Shown here one piece after another: positions 28,492 to 37,028 of a DNA stretch of 60,201 nucleotides. Position numbers and translations under genes: made by a program. The notes beneath the pieces were generated by a model. The model was given only the letters and a program-made list of their open reading frames with translations. It did no database searches and was not told the DNA's origin. Position 1 is the first letter of the stretch. Every line of letters starts with the position of its first letter. The DNA comes from Candidatus Onthoplasma sp. (GTDB lineage Bacteria; Bacillota; Clostridia; Christensenellales; UBA1242): assembly GCA_045637825.1 (NCBI GenBank), contig JAZUAD010000024.1:1-60201 (forward strand). Direction: 5' to 3'.

Positions 28492-29319
28492 ATGTCGGAA
28501 GAACTTATGGATAAAAATATTGAACCTGAAGTTGATTTGGTTAACCTAGAGGACGATAATGTAATTAAATACAAAATGCAGGACTTTGAGGGACCTTTAG
28601 ACTTGTTGGTTCATTTAGTTAAGGAAAAGAAAAAAGATATTATGGAAATATCGCTTTCGGAAATTACTGACCAGTATGTAGCATACGTTAGAAAGTTTAA
28701 GGAAGTGGATATGGATATTGCTACTGACTTTTTGGTGCTTGCTTCTAAACTTTTGGCTATTAAATCAGCGAAATTATTGCCAGTAGAACAACTTGATGAT
28801 GAGGATATTGAAGTGCTTGACCAGGAAATGGAAATTAAGTTGATGGCTAAGGAATATGAACTATTTAAAGAGGCGGGTCAAAATTTGCATAATATTGAAA
28901 ATGTTGACCGATTTTATAAAGCTCCTGATAAATCTGTTGGCGATAGCAGAATTGTATTTAATCAATTTAATCTTGATAAGATGCTAGATGCCTTTGCTCG
29001 TATATTAATACGTGTAGAGGATAAAGAAAATCCAGCACCTGAAAAGAAAATTAATCGTGACCGCTGGACTGTGGCGGAAAAACTAGATTTTTTAAAGGGC
29101 GTATTAAAGGAAAATAACGAAATCTCATTTTATAGTTTATTTGACGAAAACTATTCTAAATTGGAAATTATTACAGTGTTTTTAGCGGTGCTGGAACTAT
29201 TAAAGTTTCAATATGCTGAAGTTATCCAGTCTGATGAATATGATAATATAACAATTAGGGCTAAAAATATTGAGGATAAGGACCAAATGCGTCAAAATAT
29301 TGAGGAATTAACACATTAA
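28492..29319 (+). CDS. scpA: segregation and condensation protein A
   Basis: FEGPLDLLVHL, ITDQY, IKSAKLLP and TVFLAVLEL motifs; start moved from 28465. Confidence 0.93.
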   Translation: MSEELMDKNIEPEVDLVNLEDDNVIKYKMQDFEGPLDLLVHLVKEKKKDIMEISLSEITDQYVAYVRKFKEVDMDIATDFLVLASKLLAIKSAKLLPVEQLDDEDIEVLDQEMEIKLMAKEYELFKEAGQNLHNIENVDRFYKAPDKSVGDSRIVFNQFNLDKMLDAFARILIRVEDKENPAPEKKINRDRWTVAEKLDFLKGVLKENNEISFYSLFDENYSKLEIITVFLAVLELLKFQYAEVIQSDEYDNITIRAKNIEDKDQMRQNIEELTH

Positions 29320-29375
29320 ATATAAACAAGGGGATTAAGTAGGGAATTTTCAACCCTAAAATAAAGGAGAAAATA

Positions 29376-30167
29376 ATGAAAATTGCAGATATTGCACGTA
29401 TAATTGAAGCAGTGGTATTTGTGTCGGGCGATGGCGTGGATAAAGATGAATTTAAGCGCATTTATGACCTTTCGGATAAGGAACTTAATAAATGCTTAGA
29501 CATATTAAAGGAAAAATACAACGAAGATAGTGGTATTAATATAATTATGTATAAGAACAAAATACAATTATGTTCTAACCCTGCACTTGCTGACAAGGTG
29601 GCTGAAATTTTAAATCCTATTCGTGAACGTAGTTTGACCAAATCAGCATTGGAAACTATTGCTATTATTGCCTATAAGCAACCTATTACTCGTGCCGAAA
29701 TTGAACATATTAGAGGAACTAGCTCGGACTATGCTATGCAACTACTTCAAAGCAATAATTTGATTGAAGTAGTGGGTCGTAAGGATACTGTAGGTAAGCC
29801 ATTACTTTATGGTACTACTGAAAACTTTTTAAAGCGCTTTGAACTTGAAAGTATTGACGCCTTGCCTAACCATAAGGAATTACTAGACCGTATACGTGTT
29901 ATCCATAGCGAAGGCGATAGTTTGTATCGTGAATTTGACATTCCTGAGGAAGCAAATGAAAGCAAAAGTGAACCTGCTGAAACCTTAGATGATGCACAAG
30001 TGGAAGAAAGTATTTTAAGCGAAGAAATTGTACCTGTAGAGCCAGAAAAAGTTGAGGAAACACCTACAAAAGCGTCTTGGCGTGATAAAATGCGTGCTAA
30101 AATGAGTGAAAATGCTGATAATTATGATAACTTGGATAGCGTGCTTAAAAAAATAAAAAATAATTAA
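29376..30167 (+). CDS. scpB: segregation and condensation protein B (acidic C-terminal extension)
   Basis: LTKSALETIAIIAYKQPITRAEIEHIRG and GKPLLYGTT..FLKRF motifs. Confidence 0.95.
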   Translation: MKIADIARIIEAVVFVSGDGVDKDEFKRIYDLSDKELNKCLDILKEKYNEDSGINIIMYKNKIQLCSNPALADKVAEILNPIRERSLTKSALETIAIIAYKQPITRAEIEHIRGTSSDYAMQLLQSNNLIEVVGRKDTVGKPLLYGTTENFLKRFELESIDALPNHKELLDRIRVIHSEGDSLYREFDIPEEANESKSEPAETLDDAQVEESILSEEIVPVEPEKVEETPTKASWRDKMRAKMSENADNYDNLDSVLKKIKNN

Positions 30168-30180
30168 AGGACTATTAATA

Positions 30181-31044
30181 ATGGGAATATTTGGAAATTT
30201 TTTTAAAAGAATTAAATATGCTTTTACAAAAAACGAACTTAACGATGATTTTTATGATGAACTAGAACAAACCTTGATTAGTTCGGATATGGGAGTTATG
30301 ACCAGTGAGGAAATTATCGATGAGTTTAAGGATACTGTAAAGCAAAGAATGATTAAGGATACCGAAAACGCACAAAAAGTTTTGCGTGAAATTTTGGTAA
30401 ATAAACTAAAGTTTGATGAACTTCAATTTGAATATCCAATGATTATTACTGTTGTGGGTGTTAATGGCGTAGGCAAGACCACTAGCATTGCAAAAATGGC
30501 TAATTATTTTAGCAAACTTAAAAAGAATGTTATGCTTGTTGCAGGAGATACCTTTAGAGCTGCTGCTACCGAACAATTAGATGAATGGGCAACACGACTT
30601 AAACTAAAAATTGTTAAGCAAGGTGAAGGCGCGGATAGCGCTAGCGTAGTATTTGACGGAATTTCATCAATGAAAGCAAAAAAAGCAGACGTCTTGATAG
30701 TTGATACCGCAGGTCGCTTGCATACAAAAGTTAATCTTATGAAAGAATTGGAAAAAATTAACAATGTGGCTAAGCGTGAATATCCTGAAGCAAAACATAT
30801 CAACCTTATAGTGCTAGATGCAAGCATTGGTCAAAATTCGTTGGCTCAAGTAGAGGCCTTTAAGCAAAGCGTTGATATTGATGGCATTATATTAACCAAA
30901 CTTGATGGAACTGCTAAGGGCGGAGTTGCTTATCCTATAGTTAAGGAACTAGAAGTGCCTATTGTATTTACTGGCTTTGGCGAAACTATAAATGATTTGA
31001 CTAAGTTTAATGTGGAAGAATTTGTAGATAAAATTTTAATGTAA
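30181..31044 (+). CDS. ftsY: signal recognition particle receptor FtsY
   Basis: GVNGVGKTTS, GDTFRAAA, DTAGRL and TKLDGTAKGG motifs. Confidence 0.96.
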   Translation: MGIFGNFFKRIKYAFTKNELNDDFYDELEQTLISSDMGVMTSEEIIDEFKDTVKQRMIKDTENAQKVLREILVNKLKFDELQFEYPMIITVVGVNGVGKTTSIAKMANYFSKLKKNVMLVAGDTFRAAATEQLDEWATRLKLKIVKQGEGADSASVVFDGISSMKAKKADVLIVDTAGRLHTKVNLMKELEKINNVAKREYPEAKHINLIVLDASIGQNSLAQVEAFKQSVDIDGIILTKLDGTAKGGVAYPIVKELEVPIVFTGFGETINDLTKFNVEEFVDKILM

Positions 31045-31050
31045 AATAGT

Positions 31051-31087
31051 AAAAACAAGCGTAAAATTTAGTGTTTACGCTTGTTTT
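31051..31087. terminator. bidirectional terminator between ftsY and the lytic transglycosylase gene
   Basis: AAAAACAAGCGTAAA...TTTACGCTTGTTTT. Confidence 0.8.
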
Positions 31088-31631
31088 ATAGATTATAAAA
31101 ATCCTTATATATTTTTTGACCAGACTGAATTTTTTTAATATAATTGTCAGTTTCCTTGTAAGGTATATTATATAACGATATTTGGTCGTAGGAATAACGT
31201 TGGTCCTTTAGCCAACTACGTACAACCGTTTCGCCAGCATTGTAGGCAGCAATCGAGGTGTAAATACTATCAAATCGGTTAAAAAGATAGTCAAGATACA
31301 TTGCTCCTATGTATAAATTGTCGCTAGGGTTATATAAGTCAAAGTTACTATAATTAAGGTTGTTTTTAACACAAATATATTCGGCAGTCGAAGGTAATAC
31401 TTGGGTTAACCCTATGGCTCCAGCGCTAGATTTAGCATTAGGATTAAAACTACTTTCAGCATTAATTAAGGCGTAAAATAAAGGTTTTGGAATATCAAAT
31501 TTGTCACACACAGCATTGATTTGAGAAGAGTATTTTACAGGATAACAAAAAGTTATACTGCAATTATACATTGCAATACCCACAATTAATATATATAACA
31601 CAATCAATATGCTTGCGCTAATTTTTTGCAT
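31086..31631 (-). CDS. soluble lytic transglycosylase (SLT domain) with N-terminal membrane anchor
   Basis: INAESSF, GAIGLTQV, AAYNAG and IPYKET..Y motifs. Confidence 0.92.
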   Translation of the reverse strand: MQKISASILIVLYILIVGIAMYNCSITFCYPVKYSSQINAVCDKFDIPKPLFYALINAESSFNPNAKSSAGAIGLTQVLPSTAEYICVKNNLNYSNFDLYNPSDNLYIGAMYLDYLFNRFDSIYTSIAAYNAGETVVRSWLKDQRYSYDQISLYNIPYKETDNYIKKIQSGQKIYKDFYNL

Positions 31632-31751
31632 ATTTTAGTTTACGCTAAAACTATAATAAATATTTTATAAACACTAAAATAAGTACTAGTAATATTAAAA
31701 GAAATTTAATTTAATATTGCTTTTTTTAGTTAGATATGTTAATATATATTT

Positions 31752-32303
31752 ATGGAAAAAATTGTATTTGCAAAAGATGATGAGGCTTATTCAACTTCAC
31801 GTGGGCGATGGTGTAAATATTTTTTTAATCAAAACCATCAAGATGGTCTAGTGGTAATAGGTGAAACTGATGATTACTTTTATTTTACTTTGTCGCTTAA
31901 AGATGGGGTTTTAAAAGATGAATACTGCATTACTATTAGTCAAGATAGTGCAATTTATAATCCATTAAGTAAGGTTTTAAAGGGCTTTAAACTAATAGAT
32001 GTATTTGAGGAAGGTACGCCTGAAAGAAAAAGTTTAAAATTGCAAAAACATAATAAGGATATCCAAATAGTTTTTAGTTTAACTAGTGAGGAAAGGGTAT
32101 TTTACACTATCGAATTTGCTAATTTGCGTAGATTAGGCGATACACGCTTTAAAGATGTTGTTTTAGATAATAAAAATAAGCAATTTGATGTAGAGGCAGA
32201 AAGAGAATTTAGATATAAGTTTAAGGTAAGACTTCATAATTTGTTAGATGACTTGGAATTATTGTATAATGATATAAAATATAATCAAGCATATCAAATT
32301 TAA
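31752..32303 (+). CDS. hypothetical ORFan protein
   Basis: 183-aa ORF directly upstream of engB; no recognisable motif. Confidence 0.7.
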   Translation: MEKIVFAKDDEAYSTSRGRWCKYFFNQNHQDGLVVIGETDDYFYFTLSLKDGVLKDEYCITISQDSAIYNPLSKVLKGFKLIDVFEEGTPERKSLKLQKHNKDIQIVFSLTSEERVFYTIEFANLRRLGDTRFKDVVLDNKNKQFDVEAEREFRYKFKVRLHNLLDDLELLYNDIKYNQAYQI

Positions 32304-32316
32304 TAAAGGAGAAAGT

Positions 32317-32910
32317 ATGAGATTAATTAATTTTAAGTTTATAAAAAGTGCTAGTAAGCCAAGCGAGTTTATTGTAGATGAACTTCCACAAGTGGCTATA
32401 GTTGGTCGCAGTAATGTGGGCAAAAGCAGTCTTATTAATATGCTAGCAAATAATAAAAAGATGGCTAAAACTTCAAGCACGCCAGGTAGAACTCGTTTGG
32501 TTAACTATTTTGATATTGATGGGAAAGTGTATTTGGTGGACTTGCCAGGATATGGATTTGCTCAAGCCAGTAAATCAATTAAACAAGAGTGGGACAGAGT
32601 GTTAGATGATTATTTTAATAATACACACAATTTAAAATTAGTGTTGTTGTTAATTGATAGTCGTCATCTACCTAGCGAACTAGATATAATGATGCTAAAC
32701 TATTTAGTAGAACTAAATATCCCTTACCAAATAGTGTTAACTAAGGCGGATAAACTGTCACGCAGTCAGTTAAATAAAAATATAACAGATATTTCTAATC
32801 ATATTAGGCATAACAAAAGTATGTTTATAGCAACTAGTGCGGACAAAAAGCAAGGTGCAGAACAAATTGCTACCGCTATTGAAAAAGCGATAAATGAAGA
32901 AAATATTTAA
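32317..32910 (+). CDS. engB: ribosome biogenesis GTPase YsxC/EngB
   Basis: GRSNVGKSSLIN, TSSTPGRT, DLPGYG and TKADK motifs. Confidence 0.96.
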   Translation: MRLINFKFIKSASKPSEFIVDELPQVAIVGRSNVGKSSLINMLANNKKMAKTSSTPGRTRLVNYFDIDGKVYLVDLPGYGFAQASKSIKQEWDRVLDDYFNNTHNLKLVLLLIDSRHLPSELDIMMLNYLVELNIPYQIVLTKADKLSRSQLNKNITDISNHIRHNKSMFIATSADKKQGAEQIATAIEKAINEENI

Positions 32911-33044
32911 ACATTTAAAGTAGTTTAATCTACTTTTTTTGTTTTTGTAATACATTATATATAAAAATTTTTTAAATTTTATTTTGTGTATTGACAAGGT
33001 GTAGGTCGTATGATATAATGCGGATACTTTTAAGGGAGGTAAGT

Positions 33045-33473
33045 ATGCCAAGAGATTATTTAAGTAGTTTAAGTTTTAATGATATGAGCGTGTTTATTAA
33101 ACGTATGATGGGCAAGAAGTTTGATACCAACCTTGTGATTAGAATCAAAAATATTAGCACTTCATCAACAATGAACGAAATTGATTTTGAAGTTATGGTT
33201 AGTAATGGGGTATATGCGAGAGGTCTTGCATATTTTACTCAATTTGGTTGCACAATGGAAATTAGTCACGGTAAAAACAAAGATGTTAAAAATTACGATA
33301 AAGAATGGGCTTATTTCGTATATCAAGTACTAAAAAAGAAAGATGAATTTGGCTTTGATGATTATAAACTTAGCAGTTGCTATAAGGCCGAATATAACGA
33401 AAATCTTGTAAAAATTAGAGACAAAAAACGTGCAGAAGCAGAACTTGAATGCGAACAAAATATGTTAAAATAA
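33045..33473 (+). CDS. hypothetical ORFan protein (142 aa, ends ...EQNMLK), probable distant paralogue of 3299..3679
   Basis: SD AGGGAGG before ATG 33045; TTGACA/TATAAT promoter at about 32991-33019. Confidence 0.75.
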   Translation: MPRDYLSSLSFNDMSVFIKRMMGKKFDTNLVIRIKNISTSSTMNEIDFEVMVSNGVYARGLAYFTQFGCTMEISHGKNKDVKNYDKEWAYFVYQVLKKKDEFGFDDYKLSSCYKAEYNENLVKIRDKKRAEAELECEQNMLK

Positions 33474-33500
33474 AAATAGAGGTTGAATATCTCTATTTTT

Positions 33501-33788
33501 TTAATAAAAGCAATAATAACACGCACTATACCCCTTATTTATTGCTTGTTTTACTGTTAAAGTTATATATATATTTTTTGCGTGCGAACAATCAAACTTG
33601 TGATATCTTGTTCCATATTTTGTTATATAAACCATGGGGGAATGGTCGGGCTCAATATCTTTATCTGGTTCGTATGAATTGTTGTAGGAGTTGTTGTTGG
33701 TTGTTTTATATCTTGTTTCTGGACCACAAGCGCAACACATTATTGCAACTATTAAAATAAGTATTGTTCCAACAATCTTTTTTTTCAT
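33501..33788 (-). CDS. small lipoprotein with a C-terminal Cys/His metal-binding module (VYIT..G..YH...C...A...GY..C..C)
   Basis: Signal peptide with lipobox-like CCA-C; motif resembles the Ada-like/ComEC-associated metal-binding tail. Confidence 0.7.
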   Translation of the reverse strand: MKKKIVGTILILIVAIMCCACGPETRYKTTNNNSYNNSYEPDKDIEPDHSPMVYITKYGTRYHKFDCSHAKNIYITLTVKQAINKGYSACYYCFY

Positions 33789-33817
33789 AATAACACCTCG
33801 AATTTATCTATATTATA

Positions 33818-33894
33818 TCCGCAAAATATACGGAAGTCAATAGAAATTCCATAGGTTTTACGGATTTAATGCATAAAATCGTAAAATTTACGAC
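33818..33894. promoter_or_regulatory. three 17-bp imperfect palindromic operators at a 30-bp period between divergent genes
   Basis: TCCGCAAAATATACGGA 33818, TCCATAGGTTTTACGGA 33848, ATCGTAAAATTTACGAC 33878; site 1 fills the spacer of the leftward TTGACT-N17-TATAAT promoter. Confidence 0.7.
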
Positions 33895-33906
33895 AATATA
33901 TAATAT

Positions 33907-34125
33907 ATGATAGAAGCAAAATTTAAAGAAAGATTAAAAGAACTTAGAAAGCAGAATAAATTAACACAAAAAGTTTTAGGTATGGAAGCAAATGTGTCAG
34001 AAGATTGTATATCAGATTGGGAACGAGGTAAAAGTGAGCCAAGTTTACAAGACCTTATTAATTTGGCGGTTACATTAAATACAACTATAGATTATTTAGT
34101 GGGTAAAGATGAAATTGAAAAGTAA
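33907..34125 (+). CDS. XRE-family helix-turn-helix transcriptional regulator
   Basis: RLKELRKQNKLTQ..LG....VS...ISDWERGKSEPS...LA....TTIDYLVG. Confidence 0.92.
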   Translation: MIEAKFKERLKELRKQNKLTQKVLGMEANVSEDCISDWERGKSEPSLQDLINLAVTLNTTIDYLVGKDEIEK

Positions 34126-34158
34126 AAAAGCGGAAAGTATTCCGCTTTATTTTTTTAG

Positions 34159-34833
34159 TTATCTATTATTATTTGGGTTAGAACTTTGTGGTGCTACTGC
34201 AGTAGGGAATAGTGGCAATTCAAACGCTCCTGGGCAAACTGCATCGCCTGTAAATGGTGTGCAAGGTGGAATTGCTGTATAACCATAAGATGGAATAATT
34301 ACATCAACATCAGCAACAACTTTTAGTATTAGCGTTACACAAAGAGTAACAGTAAATACGCCATCTTCGCCAGCGGTTGAACCTATAGTAGATGAAATAT
34401 TAGCAAAAGCAATAACATTTATAGGAACGATTGATGGTTGTGGTACATACATAATTACATCTTGACTAATTGTAATGGTTGCAGTTCCTGTACCTGCCAC
34501 GCCATTTGCGTCAGTGTAGGTTACCACTACGGGAACATTGATATCTGCCTGAACTCGTGCAAAATTTGGTCGGTCATCAAAGCGTGTGATAATTAAATTG
34601 CTGACTTGCGCAGGTGCAGTGGTACTATATGCACTTATGTAAGTTAACGGAAAAGCGGGATTTGCTGGATTAAAATTAGTAACTGTTAATCTATAATTTT
34701 CAAGTTGTGCTTGATACATACAAGCATCAAATACTTTAGTTACTTGTACAGCAATTCGCTCACACAATCCGTTTAATGGGTTATTTGTACTTCCTGGGAA
34801 GATACCAGGTCGACTGTCAGTATAAAAAGACAT
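34159..34833 (-). CDS. conserved clostridial hypothetical protein, probably spore coat-associated
   Basis: CERIAVQVTKVFDAC, VIIPSYGY and PCT..CP motifs; SD AGGAGG; strong sigma-K-type promoter. Confidence 0.6.
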   Translation of the reverse strand: MSFYTDSRPGIFPGSTNNPLNGLCERIAVQVTKVFDACMYQAQLENYRLTVTNFNPANPAFPLTYISAYSTTAPAQVSNLIITRFDDRPNFARVQADINVPVVVTYTDANGVAGTGTATITISQDVIMYVPQPSIVPINVIAFANISSTIGSTAGEDGVFTVTLCVTLILKVVADVDVIIPSYGYTAIPPCTPFTGDAVCPGAFELPLFPTAVAPQSSNPNNNR

Positions 34834-34858
34834 TATTTACCTCCTAAAATCTATATTG

Positions 34859-34887
34859 TATTGTATGCCTATATTTTTTTATTTGTG
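34859..34887 (-). promoter_or_regulatory. probable sigma-K promoter (CACA-N16-CATACAATA)
   Basis: Full match to the mACm-N16-CATAnnnTA consensus on the minus strand. Confidence 0.65.
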
Positions 34888-34948
34888 AATTTTAATTTTA
34901 AATAGATAGATACTTGAAAAAGATTTAATTATTTGCTATAATAATATT

Positions 34949-35644
34949 ATGAAAATTTATTCTATATCCGATTTACACCTAGATATTAACAATACCAAAC
35001 CTATGAGTGTGTTTGGTCCTGTTTGGCATAACTATATTGAGGAGATAGTAAACGACTGGAACGAAAAAGTAAATGATGATGACGTTGTGGTACTAGCGGG
35101 CGATTTTAGTTGGGCAATGAAGCTAGATGAAGTGGTGGCGGATTTAAAGTGGCTAGATAGTTTAAAGGGCATTAAAATTTTAATACGTGGCAACCACGAC
35201 TATTGGTGGAAAAGTCCTAAGGCAATACGTGAAATTCTGCCTAAAAACACGTATGTTTTGCAAAATGATGCTGTAAAGCTAGGCGATTATATATTTTGTG
35301 GCAATCGTGGTTGGCAAATCCCTGAAGGGCAATATAATACCGATGAAGACCAAAAAATTTATGCACGTGAAGTGTGTAGGTTGGAATTGTCTCTAGAAAG
35401 TGCTAAAAAGTTGCAAACGGCGGATGAAAAAATAATATTTATTACACATTACCCACCATTTAATACTAAGCGAGAACCAAGCCAGTTTACCGAGATGCTA
35501 GAAAAATATGGTGTGCATAAGGTTATATTTGGGCATCTGCACGGCTATATTCACCCTAAAATGTATGTTAACGATATAAATGGGATTAAGTACTATTTAA
35601 CCAGTTGTGATGCACTTAAAAACAAATTGATTGAGATTGAATAA
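34949..35644 (+). CDS. metallophosphoesterase (calcineurin-like)
   Basis: SDLHL, AGDFSW, RGNHDYWW, THYPP and FGHLH motifs. Confidence 0.92.
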   Translation: MKIYSISDLHLDINNTKPMSVFGPVWHNYIEEIVNDWNEKVNDDDVVVLAGDFSWAMKLDEVVADLKWLDSLKGIKILIRGNHDYWWKSPKAIREILPKNTYVLQNDAVKLGDYIFCGNRGWQIPEGQYNTDEDQKIYAREVCRLELSLESAKKLQTADEKIIFITHYPPFNTKREPSQFTEMLEKYGVHKVIFGHLHGYIHPKMYVNDINGIKYYLTSCDALKNKLIEIE

Positions 35645-35749
35645 ATAATAATTTCACGATTAAAAGTCGTGGAATTTTTTATATATTAAATATTTTACAA
35701 ATTTTTACAAATCCATTGACAAAAGGTGATGGATATGCTATTATACTAA

Positions 35750-35820
35750 ACGTAGTACCACGTTGAACAGGTTTTAAATGAATAATTTAGGTTGTTCTAC
35801 CTTAAAAGTGAGTCTTCGAA
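35750..35820 (+). ncRNA. probable ribosomal protein L21 leader
   Basis: GTAGTACCAC...GTGAGTC frame around a GAACAG/TTGTTC stem, between a TTGACA promoter and rplU; resembles L21_leader. Confidence 0.5.
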
Positions 35821-35842
35821 ATATTTATAGGAGGTAACTAAT

Positions 35843-36148
35843 ATGTACGCAATAGCACTTATCGCTGGTAAGCAATATAAGGTTAGTGTTGGTGATGTAG
35901 TAAGAGTTGACCGTTTGGAAAATGAAATTGGTTCAAACGTTGAATTCCCAGTTCTTATGACAGCTAACGAAGGAAACATTGTTGCTGGTAGTCCAGTTGT
36001 TAAAGATGTTGTGGTTAAAGCAAAAGTTCAATCACACACTTTGGGTAATAAAATTGTTGTGTTCAAGTACAAAGCTAAGAAAAACGAGCGTAAGAAAAGA
36101 GGACACAGACAAGCATATACTAACATTGTAATTGAAAGTATAGGTTAA
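35843..36148 (+). CDS. rplU: 50S ribosomal protein L21
   Basis: MYAI..AGKQYKV..GD, VFKYKAKK..RKKRGHRQ. Confidence 0.97.
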   Translation: MYAIALIAGKQYKVSVGDVVRVDRLENEIGSNVEFPVLMTANEGNIVAGSPVVKDVVVKAKVQSHTLGNKIVVFKYKAKKNERKKRGHRQAYTNIVIESIG

Positions 36149-36152
36149 TTGT

Positions 36153-36488
36153 ATGATTAAAATCATTATTGAAAGGGAAGATGACGATAGAATCAAGTCT
36201 ATCAGTAGTACAGGTCATTCGGGTTATGCTGAAAGCGGAAGCGACATTGTATGCGCTAGCGTATCGGTATTGCTTCAAAATGCGCAAAAGACTTTTGAAG
36301 ATATTTTAAACATTAATACATTTTATGTAGTTAATGAAAATAAACCAAGTTTGTCAATTACTTTACCAAAACTTAGTGGTGAGGATTTAAAAATGGCAGA
36401 CCTTATAATGAAATCTACTGTAAACGGACTATATGATTTGGCGGATACCTTTCCAAAGTATATTAATATAAAGGAGAAACGAAAATGA
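36153..36488 (+). CDS. prp: ribosomal-processing cysteine protease Prp (YsxB)
   Basis: GHSGY...DIVCASVS catalytic His/Cys; located between rplU and rpmA. Confidence 0.93.
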   Translation: MIKIIIEREDDDRIKSISSTGHSGYAESGSDIVCASVSVLLQNAQKTFEDILNINTFYVVNENKPSLSITLPKLSGEDLKMADLIMKSTVNGLYDLADTFPKYINIKEKRK

Positions 36489-36763
36489 AAATATTAGTTC
36501 AATTGTTCGCCCACAAGAAGGGTGGCGGTAGCACTAAGAACGGTAGAGATAGTAATAGTAAACGTCTTGGTGTGAAACGTGCTGATGGTCAATTCGTATT
36601 GGCTGGTAACATTATCGTTCGCCAAAGAGGAACAAGAATTTATCCAGGTGCAAATGTAGGTTTGGGTAAGGATTATACATTGTTTGCTTTAACAGATGGA
36701 GTTGTTAAATTTGGTCGTGACGGTCGTGGTAGAAAGTGCGTTAGCATTCAACCAAAAATCTAA
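36485..36763 (+). CDS. rpmA: 50S ribosomal protein L27 with N-terminal extension cleaved by Prp
   Basis: [30 protein letters not shown]. Confidence 0.98.
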   Translation: MKILVQLFAHKKGGGSTKNGRDSNSKRLGVKRADGQFVLAGNIIVRQRGTRIYPGANVGLGKDYTLFALTDGVVKFGRDGRGRKCVSIQPKI

Positions 36764-37028
36764 TTTGGCTAAAACAACATTGTTGGTTTAGTATATGTAC
36801 AAAAGATAAATTACATATATACTAGCGAAATTGAAATACAAAAGAAAAACTAAAGATAAAAACCACCTTGAAATATAGGTGGTTTTTTTTGTATATAGTA
36901 TTGAAAAAGAGATGTTTTTGTGGTAATATATAATTTATAAGAAACAAATTTTAAAAATTTTTGTAAAAATTTAGGAAAAGTAGTTTTATTGTGGTATTAG
37001 GTAATTAAGAAGATAAACAAATTAAAAG

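Noticed and set aside
33501-34125. Intact prophage or ICE around the XRE gene
   Set aside because: No integrase, structural, replication or conjugation genes and no att-like repeats nearby.
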